From Octopus sinensis (Eukaryota), in contig NC_043006.1 of the NCBI RefSeq assembly GCF_006345805.1, forward strand, positions 21,390,001 through 21,454,000: a DNA stretch of 64,000 nt. Reading direction: 5' to 3'. The notes under the pieces were generated by a model, which saw only the letters and a program-made list of their open reading frames with translations, made no database searches and was not told where the DNA came from. Every line of letters begins with the position of its first letter. Position 1 is the stretch's first letter. The position numbers and the translations under genes were made by a program. This document shows, in pieces, positions 1 through 11,790 of the stretch.

Positions 1-930
1 TCCTAAATAACAATATCTGGCCTGTTATGTTTACATTTGGCAGATATTTTCATGGAAATATTCCACCAGTATTCCTTGTGCTGGTATTTGTGCACGTATT
101 CGGTAACAGTGCAATTCTCTATATCTATTCCTGAACAGTCATTTTTGGCGAATATCATTGTATTTTGTTTTTGCGACAACGTCATGTCGTATAGGGAGGC
201 AATATGTTGATGACGTTCCTGGGCAGCTGGTAATCACATGTGGGATGTCTTCCACAGAAATATGACATAATCTACATTTACGGTTTCATCTGACTCTTTT
301 GTTGATTAGGTATTTAGCAGCAATCTCCTCCTCTTGGATTGCAAATACATAGCCTTCGAAGTTTGATCTGCTGTAATGTTGACGAGTCCAAGAGAGGCTT
401 TGCTTCATGTCAATCTTACTATGTTTTTTTTTTTTTTTGTCATGTCTACGAGAAACATACCCATGAACTGTCTGTTTTGATATGCCGAGCGTTCGACTTT
501 CAGGTCTTCTTTGAGGTATGCTTATCCGGATGATTTGGGGTTGTATGGAAGGTCATCAGGAAGATAGTACTTCCCGAAGAGCTCACTTCAAACATGTAGG
601 ATATGGTTTTCTTCACTTTCCAGCACTAAGTGTATATTTATTTTTGCTGCTGTTGTTTAGTAAGTGCTGTCTCAGAGACAGTGCGGTATTCAAAGTTTGT
701 CTGAACTAATCTCAAGCCGCTACATCCTTTACTCCTCTTAAGTAGAGCCTGTCAATATCACTATTTTTGTGAAGATTTCCGGTTGATGTTAGAATCTGGC
801 AGTCTATGGAGTGGATTTCCTCTACAGAACATACATACATACATTTCTTAACTATTTCTATGCTCTCTTCCATCTTCCTCTCAGCAATAACCGACCTCAC
901 TAACGAGGAATTCCCATTTGGCATCAAGAT
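1..930 (-). mobile_element. Degenerate 3' part of an RLE-type (R4/Dong-like) non-LTR retrotransposon
   Basis: Manual minus-strand translation gives GNLHKNSDIDRLYLR, FEGYVFAIQEEEI, a CCHC knuckle CRLCHISVEDIPHVITSC, RHD, and KHNRPDIVI (RLE motif). Same motif order as the element at 29.5-33 kb; stops and frameshifts present. Confidence 0.85.
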
Positions 931-1022
931 CTCATGCCTAACAGATTAAATGCATCAGGACCGGCCGCATCTGGTCGCTTCAAAAGAAAGAAAATCAAAT
1001 ATTCTGAATCATCTAACCACAT

Positions 1023-1026
<4 letters not shown>

Positions 1027-1079
<53 letters not shown>

Positions 1080-1084
1080 AGAGA
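1027..1084. repeat. (AG)n microsatellite
   Basis: Direct inspection. Confidence 0.95.
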
Positions 1085-1181
1085 GTCCAAATTGAAATTA
1101 AAAAAAAAAATAAAAGATGACGACAGGTGTAGGAACAACAAGCAGATGAATTAGTTTAACGCTCATGAAAAATGAAAACGT

Positions 1182-1217
1182 TTTTTATGTTTCGAGCCTA
1201 TACTCTTCGACAGATAG
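1182..1217 (-). ncRNA. Degenerate minimal hammerhead motif, family F1 (PLE terminal repeat)
   Basis: Minus strand reads CTGTCGA A GAGT ATAG GCTC GAA ACAT A AAAA; stem III ACGT has decayed to ACAT. Confidence 0.5.
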
Positions 1218-2209
1218 GGACAATATGGAAAAATGGAGAGAGAATGAAAAAAACTGAGAAGAAAACAATGTAGAGTTCTAACATGGCGTATGACTGGGAA
1301 AATGAGGTTGAATGAAAGGGAGATAATAATGGTGATCCCAACGAACGAAGTTGCGCAAGCGTGTGTGCGTATATGAGAATGATGTGTGTGAGTGTGTAAG
1401 TGTATGTGTGAATGGGGCGAATGAGTCTAACGGGTGTGTAGGGGTGGCCAAATGGTGTGCATGTGTACAATGTGTGTTTTTTGGAGAACGTTATCTATGT
1501 GTGTTGCATGTGTTTATGCGTGTTATGTGTGTGTATGTATTGTTTGTGTAGTAGCATTATGTGCTTGTGTGGGTGTGGCAGTGTGCATGATGATGTATGG
1601 TGTGTGTACTGATTTAAACAGTGTGTGTGGCTGCTCGTATAGTGGTATGTGGTGATTTTATAGGAGATTGTGTGTGGATGTGTGAATAATGGTGTGCGGT
1701 GTGGGTGCTGAGAAGCGGTCGGTGCAAGTGTGTGTGGAGTGTGAAGGTATGACTGTGTGTGTAATGGTGTGTGAAGTCAGTGACGAGTTGACTAGTGTGT
1801 ATGGGTGTCTGTATAGTGGTGTATATGTGGTGAGTGTATCGAGGTGAGCAGTATGCAGGTGTGTAGTGACGGGGACAGTTGAATGTGGGAGGTGTGTGGA
1901 AATCCGTGTAAACTTGAATAGTTTACAGATGAATAGTGGAGGCGAGTTGAGCCCTTATGGCGCGAAAGAACGAAGAAAGAAGATTAATGCCTGTTCACAT
2001 GTGTGTATGTATGTATGTATGTATGTATGTATGTATGTATGTATGTATGTATGTATGTGTGTGTGTGTGTATGTATGTATATATGTATGCATGTATGTAT
2101 GTAAGTAATCTTACTGAGAACTACAAGCTCTAGTTGTTGCTCAAATAGCAACTGTTGTGTCAAGTCACCTATACATGGAAAAATAGGGCAAGTTATAGGT
2201 AGGGTTTCC

Positions 2210-2460
2210 ATAGGTTGTATATATACCACCATGGTAGAAATCTTGCACAACCAGTGGTGGAAGAGGCAGAAGAATATCAATGTACTCCAGCAAACCAGTC
2301 TCTCCTACATCGAAATAATTATTACAAAACATCAGCTTCGATCAGATGGCCATATCCTGCGAATGTTGAAGCATCAGTTACCTCAACGACCATTTACTTC
2401 TAGCTGAATTAAGAAAAGCATGTGCGAGAGGTACAAAGGAAACGGTTTAAAGATGTTGGA
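2210..2460 (+). mobile_element. RTE-clade LINE C-terminal fragment
   Basis: EILHNQWWKRQKNINVLQQTSLSYIEIIITKHQLRSDGHILRMLKHQLP, then QRKRFKDV in a shifted frame. Matches the typical RTE tail pattern ILxIxW...KxQLRWxGHxxRM...KRFKD. Confidence 0.7.
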
Positions 2461-2693
2461 AAAGGCGGCGAGCTGGCAGAAACGTGAGCACGCCGGGCGA
2501 AATGCTTAGCGGTATTTCGTCTGCGTTACGTTGTGAGTTCAAATTCCGCCGAGGTCGACTTTGCCTTTCATCCTTTCGGGATCGATAAATTAAGTACCAG
2601 TTACGCACTGGGGTCGATGTAATCGACTTAATACCTATATCTGTCTTTGTTTGTCCCCTCTGTGTTTAGCCCCTTGTGGGTAATAAAGAAATA
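2459..2693 (+). mobile_element. tRNA-derived SINE family A monomer with 15-bp TSD
   Basis: A-box-like AGCTGGCAGAA and B-box GAGTTCAAATTCC; TSD GGTTTAAAGATGTTG at 2444-2458 and 2694-2708. Confidence 0.9.
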
Positions 2694-2979
2694 GGTTTAA
2701 AGATGTTGACAAATAATAGGCTCGGGTACAAACGGATCATCTATGAAGTAAAACAACACTTCGGCACATCACCAAGAAAACATTTCAGCAATAAATATGA
2801 GAGTATATATCTGTATAGAATTGGTAATGCTGTGTTTCCATCTCATGCTAGACAACTTAATGCCCAGGTTACGAAATGATTTGTGGACGTTGCAGACCCA
2901 CGCACGAATAATTGTTTGTGAATGTGTGAAGGTGTTTTCATGTATATTATCTGCCTGTGTATATGCATCAATGTATGCA

Positions 2980-3017
2980 TGCATGTATGTGCATTTTAAT
3001 GACATATACATACATGC

Positions 3018-3048
<31 letters not shown>

Positions 3049-3378
3049 TGTATGTATGTATGTATGTATGTATATTTGTATGTATGTATGTATGTATGTA
3101 TGTAGTATGTATGTATGTATAAATGCATGCATGTATATAATTACTTCGAAGTAGTTCTCAATTTTTTTCCTTATAAACGTTTTATTGAATAATCTTTCTG
3201 TTTAATGGCGAATTGCTTTATATATAACTTGACAAAAACAAACATCAATATATATGTGTGCATACGTGTATGTGCAGATGTGTTTTTGTGTGTATAAATG
3301 TGTGTGCGTATATATATATTATATATATATTTATATATACATATATTATATATATATATTATATATATAATATATATA

Positions 3379-3419
<41 letters not shown>

Positions 3420-3582
3420 TGTGTGTGTGTACATAATATGCACACACACACAGATACACATACATACAAAAAGACATGTACACACATACTATATTTAGTA
3501 TCTTCTTTTCCTTCCTCTCTCTCTCTCTCAACCATACACACAAGCTCTCTCTCACTCTCTCTCGCTGTCTCCTTTCCTCTCC

Positions 3583-3620
<38 letters not shown>
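2980..3620. repeat. Compound (TATG)n/(TA)n/(CA)n/(CT)n microsatellites
   Basis: Direct inspection; source of the spurious I/Y/C/V-rich ORFs. Confidence 0.9.
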
Positions 3621-3625
<5 letters not shown>

Positions 3626-3819
3626 ATCTTATTCTCTTGCTGTTTCTCTCTTACACTTCTATTCCAACCGCCCTGCACAGTAACAGACATGCGCACAAGC
3701 AAAGTCACTCACACAGTCAGTCACTTCTAGTATTTCTTACTCTTTTCGCTGCTCTCAATCAATATACCATTTATAACAACCCATTTATATATTTGACTTA
3801 TTTCGTCTGCAGGCGCTCC

Positions 3820-4285
3820 AACACTGCCACCTCAAACTCCGGCATCTTCATCATCAGCCTCAGCATCACTATCTCTACCTTCATCACCAGCACCATCACT
3901 ATCTCCGTAATAAGTACTACCACCCCCCACCATCATTATCACCTTCCCCAACAACAAGCACTGTCACCAACATCACTACTACAACTTATAGCAGCAACAT
4001 CAACACTACCACCACCTCTACTATATTCTCTCTTACATTCCTCAGTGCCACTTCACCACCACCACCACCACACTTTTATCGCCAGCAAGTCGTTTTCACC
4101 ATCACAAAATACCAACCACCAACATAATTAGATCCGTCAACCACTCGGACCGACAGTATGAACATTATCAACAAGAACCCTACAGCCACCAACTACACCA
4201 CCGTCACAATTCACCACCCCTACCATCACCACCATCACCACCAATACCAACCAGAACACCACAACCATCACCACCACCATACTAG
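3820..4285. repeat. Degenerate (CAC/CAT)n low-complexity tract
   Basis: ACC/CAC/CAT-rich sequence; ORF 3637..4131 is a by-product of it. Confidence 0.8.
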
Positions 4286-4339
4286 TCCAGCCAGGAAGAT
4301 TCAATAGCAATACTTCTGAAAGTATCTTTTTTAATTACC

Positions 4340-4462
4340 TATTTCTTTACTACCCACAAGGGGCTAAACACAGAGGGGACAAACAAGGACAGACATAATT
4401 ATTAAGTCGATTACATCGACCCCAGTGCGTAACTGGTACTTAATTTATCGACCCCGATATTT

Positions 4463-4500
<38 letters not shown>

Positions 4501-4545
4501 GTATGTATGTATATGTACGTATATGTATATGTATATATGTGCGTG

Positions 4546-4579
<34 letters not shown>

Positions 4580-7448
4580 ATATATACATACCAGTATGTT
4601 AATTTATGCTACAGGTGCAATGGCCTTCTTTATTGCATAATGGGTATACGGGTGTTTGAATATACCTTACGGGGTGACGACCGTGCTCTGTATAGTTACA
4701 GCAGCCCTTTGGCACAGTACAGCACTTGTTCAGCCACTGTGCCATGGATACGGCTAAATCGTGGGACTGCTTGCATGGCGGATTTTGGAGAGGCAGTGGA
4801 AGAGCTCAACTGAGACAACGCTGCTTCTGACCTTGATGTTGAGCGGAGTGACAGTAGAAAATCATCAACAGTCAGGATCGCCAAGTAGTATCAAGTGAGT
4901 ATCTGAAACGGTTCCATTAGGGTAATAAGCTTATGAAAGATTCACTATGAATCAAGCTCCCAATTCAAATTCACATTAATGGAATTAGATGGCGACAGAC
5001 GCGTAAGCGAGTCGAGACCCTTCAGCAATTCAGTCTCGATTTCGACAACGGTATTAAGACGGCGACTTTTAAGCTACGTTTTTATCCTGGAGAAGAGATG
5101 GAAATACGCGGGTAAGAGATGGAAATATGCGGGTGCTAAATCTCGTGAATTGACCGGGTACAGAAGCGATACCTATTTCTTTATTACCCACAAGGGGCTA
5201 AACACAGAGAGGACAAACAAGGACAGACATAGGTATTAAGTCGATTACATCGACCCCAGTGCGTAACTGGTACTTAATTTATCGACCCCGAAAGGATGAA
5301 AGGCAAACTCGACCTCGGCGGAATTTGAACTCAGAACGTAACGACAGACGAAATACCTATTTCTTTATTACCCACAAGGGGCTAAACACAGAGGGGACAA
5401 ACAAGGACAGACATAGGTATTAAGTCGATTACATCGACCCCAGTGCGTAACTGGTACTTAATTTATCGACCCCGAAAGGATGAAAGGCAAAGTCGACCTC
5501 GGCGGAATTTGAACTCACAACGTAACGGCAGACGAAATACCTATTTCTTTATTACCCACAAGGGGCTAAACACAGAGGGGACAAACAAGGACAGACATAG
5601 GTATTAAGTCGATTACATCGACCCCAGTGCGTAACTGGTACTTAATTTATCGACCCCGAAAGGATGAAAGGCAAAGTCGACCTCGGCGGAATTTGAACTC
5701 AGAACGTAACGACAGACGAAATACCTATTTCTTTATTACCCACAAGGGGCTAAACACAGAGGGGACAAACAAGGACAGACATAGGTATTAAGTCGATTAC
5801 ATCGACCCCAGTGCGTAACTGGTACTTAATTTATCGACCCCGAAAGGATGAAAGGCAAAGTCGACCTCGGCGGAATTTGAACTCAGAACGTAACGACAGA
5901 CGAAATACCTATTTCTTTATTACCCACAAGGGGCTAAACACAGAGGGGACAAACAAGGACAGACATAGGTATTAAGTCGATTACATCGACCCCAGTGCGT
6001 AACTGGTACTTATTTATCGACCCCGAAAGGATGAAAGGCAAAGTCGACCTCGGCGGAATTTGAACTCACAACGTAACGGCAGACGAAATACCTATTTCTT
6101 TATTACCCACAAGGGGCTAAACACAGAGGGGACAAACAAGGACAGACATAGTATTAGTCGATTACATCGACCCCAGTGCGTAACTGGTACTTAATTTATC
6201 GACCCCGAAAGGATGAAAGGCAAAGTCGACCTCGGCGGAATTTGAACTCACAACGTAACGGCAGACGAAATACCTATTTCTTTATTACCCACAAGGGGCT
6301 AAACACAGAGGGGACAAACAAGGACAGACATAGTATTAAGTCGATTACATCGACCCCAGTGCGTAACTGGTACTTAATTTATCGACCCCGAAAGGATGAA
6401 AGGCAAAGTCGACCTCGGCGGAATTTGAACTCACAACGTAACGGCAGACGAAATACCTATTTCTTTATTACCCACAAGGGGCTAAACACAGAGGGGACAA
6501 ACAAGGACAGACATAGGTATTAAGTCGATTACATCGACCCCAGTGCGTAACTGGTACTTAATTTATCGACCCCGAAAGGATGAAAGGCAAAGTCGACCTC
6601 GGCGGAATTTGAACTCAGAACGTAACGACAGACGAAATACCTATTTCTTTATTACCCACAAGGGGCTAAACACAGAGGGGACAAACAAGGACAGACATAG
6701 GTATTAAGTCGATTACATCGACCCCAGTGCGTAACTGGTACTTAATTTATCGACCCCGAAAGGATGAAAGGCAAAGTCGACCTCGGCGGAATTTGAACTC
6801 AGAACGTAACGACAGACGAAATACCTATTTCTTTATTACCCACAAGGGGCTAAACCACAGAGGGGACAAACAAGGACAGACATAGGTATTAAGTCGATTA
6901 CATCGACCCCAGTGCGTAACTGGTACTTAATTTATCGACCCCGAAAGGATGAAAGGCAAAGTCGACCTCGGCGGAATTTGAACTCACAACGTAACGGCAG
7001 ACGAAATACCTATTTCTTTATTACCCACAAGGGGCTAAACACAGAGGGGACAAACAAGGACAGACATAGGTATTAAGTCGATTAAATCGACCCCAGTGCG
7101 TAACTGGTACTTAATTTATCGACCCCGAAAGGATGAAAGGCAAAGTCGACCTCGGCGGAATTTGAACTCAGAACGTAACGACAGACGAAATACCTATTTC
7201 TTTATTACCCACAAGGGGCTAAACACAGAGGGGACAAACAAGGACAGACATAGGTATTAAGTCGATTACATCGACCCCAGTGCGTAACTGGTACTTAATT
7301 TATCGACCCCGAAAGGATGAAAGGCAAAGTCGACCTCGGCGGAATTTGAACTCACAACGTAACGGCAGACGAAATACCGCTAAGCATTTCGCCCGGCGTG
7401 CTAACGTTTCTGCCAGCTCGCCGCCTCGCCTTATCTGCCAGCTCGCCT
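4340..7448 (-). mobile_element. Composite SINE-A concatemer insertion: head + 12 x 184-bp units + captured segment + terminal SINE 3' part
   Basis: Unit anchors (GACGAAATACC) at 5347, 5531, 5715, 5899, 6082, 6264, 6447, 6631, 6815, 7000, 7184 and 7368. Single head at 7379-7448. Whole block flanked by 17-bp TATCTTTTTTAATTACC at 4323-4339 and 7449-7465. Confidence 0.9.
4588..5171. repeat. ~580-bp duplicate of 8151-8737 (mariner C-terminus plus flank)
   Basis: Near-identical to 8151-8737 with a handful of substitutions; the minus strand at about 4990-5171 encodes SLLYPVNSRDLAPAYFHL...LKSRRLNTVVEIE. Confidence 0.92.
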
Positions 7449-7706
7449 TATCTTTTTTAATTACCGCCTCCTTTATTTACACTAACGAGATGGGCGCTGA
7501 GAAGTTCCTGGCTTTAAGAGCTTCGCGAAAGGCTGGAGGCCCCGCTGTAATAAGTGTGTGAATCTGATTGGGGAATATGTTGAATAAAATCATACTTAAC
7601 TGATCCTCCTGTATTTTCTTTTAGCCCAAACCAGTACTCCTTCGTATTCAATGCCTCTCCGTATACACCACATATACATATGCATATATACGACATATAT
7701 ATATAC

Positions 7707-7738
<32 letters not shown>

Positions 7739-7894
7739 GCAAAAATTTAGATTCAAATGAATATGGTACTTAATTTAGATGCACCAGAATTTTGTATGGT
7801 GTTATCCGTAAAAATCCGTGGGGTGATTATAATCAAAATAAGCAACAAAAATGAGCCCGGTAATTTGGTACCAAATTACCGGAGTCATTCCTGT

Positions 7895-7994
<100 letters not shown>

Positions 7995-8022
7995 ATGTAT
8001 GTATAATGTATATGTATATATA

Positions 8023-8055
<33 letters not shown>

Positions 8056-8100
8056 ATATGTATGTATATGTATATGTATATATATATATGCATATATACA

Positions 8101-8154
<54 letters not shown>

Positions 8155-8499
8155 CCAGTATGTTAATTTATGCTACAGGTGCAATGGCCTTCTTTATTGC
8201 ATAATGGGTATACGGGTGTTTGAATATACCTTACGGGGTGACGACCGTGCTCTGTATAGTTACAGCAGCCCTTTGGCACAGTACAGCACTTGTTCAGCCA
8301 CTGTGCCATGGATACGGCTAAATCGTGGGACTGCTTGCATGGCGGATTTTGGAGAGGCAGTGGAAGAGCTCAACTGAGACAACGCTGCTTCTGACCTTGA
8401 TGTTGAGCGGAGTGACAGTAGAAAATCATCAACAGTCAGGATCGCCAAGCAGTATCAAGTGAGTATCTGAAACGGTTCCATTAGGGTAATAAGCTTATG

Positions 8500-9545
8500 A
8501 AAGATTCACTATGAATCAAGCTCCCAATTCAAATTCACATTAATGGAATTAGATGGCGACAGACGCGTAAGCGAGTCGAGACCCTTCTGCAATTAAGTCT
8601 CGATTTCGACAACGGTATTAAAACGGCGACTTTTAAGCTACATTTTCATCCTGGAGAAGAGATGGAAATACGCGGGGAAGAGATGGAAATATGCGGGTGC
8701 TAAATCTCGTGAATTGACCGGGTACAGAAGCGATACCTATTTCTTTATTACCCACAAGGGGCTAAACACAGAGAGGACAAACAAGGACAGACATAGGTAT
8801 TAAGTCGATTACATCGACCCCAGTGCGTAACTGGTACTTAATTTATCGACCCCGAAAGGATGAAAGGCAAACTCGACCTCGGCGGAATTTGAACTCAGAA
8901 CGTAACGACAGACGAAATACCTATTTCTTTATTACCCACAAGGGGCTAAACACAGAGAGGACAAACAAGGACAGACATAGGTATTAAGTCGATTACATCG
9001 ACCCCAGTGCGTAACTGGTACTTAATTTATCGACCCCGAAAGGATGAAAGGCAAACTCGACTTCGGCGGAATTTGAACTCACAACGTAACGACAGACGAA
9101 ATACGGCCGCCCGGCGTGCTAACGTTTCTGCCAGCTCGGCACCCTCCAGAAAGCGATACCATGTTGTTTTTGGCGAGAAACTTACGAGTGAGGAGAGCTC
9201 GATGACAGGGTGCATTGTCGTCGTAAGGAATCCAATTCTTCACATTCCATAGATCCAGTCGCCTTCGCAGAATGTCCTCCCACAAGCGCTTCAAAACGTC
9301 TTGATTGTCCTCCGACGATCCTTATATTCCTAGGGGTGACTTGTGTTGCAGGTCTTCCAGATAGCTCAGCATCTTCCGGAGACGTTTTTTCCACTTTTGA
9401 CGCGTCCGTGCCACTTGAAACATTGCGCACGACACATTGCTTCGTCGCTGTAAGCTTGCTGAAGCACGTTCAATGTCTCTGTAGCAGACTTCCCAAGTTT
9501 AACGCAAATTTTCACGTTTGCTCGTTGTTCTAACTTCCTGTCCAT
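8500..9545 (-). pseudogene. Internally deleted mariner transposase, interrupted by a SINE-A dimer
   Basis: ATG at 9545 gives MDRKLEQRANVKICVKLGKSATETLNVLQQAYSDEAMCRAQCFKWHGRVKSG, then ELSGRPATQVTP, then a jump to LKRLWEDILRRRLDLWNVKNWIPYDDNAPCHRALLTRKFLAKNNMVSL. After the SINE it resumes SRDLAPAYFHLF..RMKM*LKSRRFNTVVEIE. Confidence 0.88.
8738..9146 (-). mobile_element. SINE-A head + 2 units inserted in mariner
   Basis: Two 184-bp units plus a partly deleted head; TSD AAGCGATACC at 8728-8737 and 9151-9160, extending to CAGAA(A)GCGATACC. Confidence 0.88.
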
Positions 9546-9877
9546 GACAAGAATTGCAGTCTACGTCATCACAAAAACACAAATTTCACAACTTGAGAAG
9601 AAAACACAATATCACTGGCAGACTGTCTCATGAAGGACACTGATATCTCTCAGTGCGCTATAGAACTAGTTTTTTTTTTGTACCAAACCGTATTCACATT
9701 TCGACCTTTGTTATTGTTAATGTTAACATAGTACCTGTAAATATCGTTGTGATTGTCACTAACAGGAGAGAGACACTAAAAATAAACAGTGCGGAAGTAA
9801 CTATTGCTTCTTGACACTCCCTTTGCCACCAATACACATTTAAGACTTCTACCCATCCGCATGCATGTCATATATTA

Positions 9878-9954
<77 letters not shown>

Positions 9955-9969
9955 ATATTATATATATAC

Positions 9970-10362
9970 ATATATATAAAAGTGAAGTTGTGTGTCTGTC
10001 TCCTACGATTTAGATTCCTAACTACTCCCACATTTTGCGGTGCAGTGTCACCAAAAGCGGGTATCTTATAGTCGTGATTCATATTGAGCCCTTCTGGGTA
10101 TTAGTGCGCGTCTACGATGAGTCTACGATTTAAAAAAAAATTTACCATCAGTTTTTCCATTTTAATGCATTTTTTTCGCTATTATATAAGGGAAGTAACT
10201 CTCTAAAAATGTCTACGATGAGTCAACGATTTAAAAAAAAATTTACCATCATTTTTTTCTATTTTTAATGCATTTTTTGGTATTTTTTGGCTATAACTCT
10301 CTAAAAATGCTTATATAGTTATTTCCCTTACAAACCCGAGCAACGCCGGGTGATACTGCTAG
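9970..10362 (+). mobile_element. Non-autonomous Helitron
   Basis: Starts in (TA)n; internal partial duplication; 3' GC hairpin CCCGAGC-AAC-GCCGGG followed by CTAG|T (10359-10363), the same terminus type as at 39323-39350. Confidence 0.75.
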
Positions 10363-11571
10363 TTATATATAAATCCGTTTTGTCTGTCTGTGTGTGTGTC
10401 TTCTAGTATCTCGGGCATCCTCCATCCGATTGCGCCCAAATTTGATACGTAGATACCGACGGTATCAGGGTATGTATAAGTCTTGAAAAAATTACAAAAA
10501 TCGATTCCAGGTGAGGATGCGATCTATAAAGCCGTGGGAACGTGCATTTGTAAAATCTATCTTTATTTCTTCTTTTGCTGGTGTCTCAAATTTAGATTAA
10601 ATCTGTGTTTCTCAAAGGGGAGGCCTATGGGACGGTCGGACAAGTTGTTTTGAGACAATTTGGTTTAAATCTTTGACAACTCAGCACCGTCCATTGTAAT
10701 GGGGGTGCGTTTTGCTCGTATATATATATGTGTGTATATATATATATATAATTTATATTTATATTTATATATTATTTGATAGTATTTATTCGATACTATA
10801 TTACTACGAATTGATTATTTCTATAAGTATTTTACATAAGATTTCCGAAAGTTCGTTTAAGTTTTAGATATAGACTAATACCGATATTAGATGATTGATG
10901 GGTTTCCTACCTTATAAATTAAAATTAATTTTTAACATTATAGTCGATTTTGATATAATCATAATTGTTAAGTTTTATGTTTCTAGTTTGATAATAGAGT
11001 TTATTATAAGTAAAATTATTATATTATTTATATCTTAAAAATATTGTTTAAATATTTCTGATTATATTTTAGATATTTCAATTAACCTGAAGATTGACTG
11101 TATATATATATATACGTACATATACACACATTCATGCGCCGAGCACATGCACACACATATATGAGAGATCTACTTAAATGTATATATGCGTGTATGCGCA
11201 TGTTTGTGTGTATCACCTGTTAACCAATCATATCTAAAATACATATGTTTTATGTATATGTCTACACACCCACACACACACGCATACACGCGCGCGCACG
11301 ACACAGATATACTACGAGCTCCTTCCACTTCCCGTCTGTGAAATCCAGCTAAAAAATTACGGTTTGCTCATGGTTACACTACAAGACACTTGGCCAAGTT
11401 GCCATGCAATAGAAGTGAACCCTGAACAATGTGGTTGGGAAACAAACTTCTTACCACACAGCCACGCCTACACCTATAAATACATATTGATAAACAGACG
11501 CGCACACATATATATATGATAAATCGGTTGCCACTACGCACATTTTTTTCTCCTTTTTTCTTTCTGTGTTC

Positions 11572-11607
11572 CTTTCTGTGGAAGAGCATACGCTCGAAAC
11601 GTAAAAG
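11572..11607 (+). ncRNA. Minimal type I hammerhead motif, family F1
   Basis: CTTT CTGTGGA A GAGC ATAC GCTC GAA ACGT A AAAG: stem I CTTT/AAAG, stem II GAGC/GCTC, palindromic stem III ACGT, GUA cleavage triplet. Confidence 0.7.
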
Positions 11608-11711
11608 ACTTTTTCAATTTCCGAGCGTTATACTAATACATCTGTTTGTTTTCTACACCACCTGTTTTCGTATTTTGTCTTTTTTTTCGTGAATTCTCCC
11701 TATATATATAT

Positions 11712-11788
<77 letters not shown>

Positions 11789-11790
<2 letters not shown>

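Noticed and set aside
4620-4780. L1/Tx1 zinc-finger-like TVQHLFSHC in one plus frame
   Set aside because: Surrounded by several stops; the similarity is too short to support.
4696-4884. Identical 62-aa minus-strand ORF in both duplicate copies as a conserved small gene
   Set aside because: The identity follows from the recent duplication; non-ATG start and no recognisable motif.
6176-6523. Repeated ORFs [12 protein letters not shown]...
   Set aside because: Chance antisense frames through SINE units.
5172-7378. CRISPR array or tRNA gene cluster
   Set aside because: Units are 184-bp near-identical SINE bodies with no unique spacers; there are no cas genes and no intact cloverleaf.
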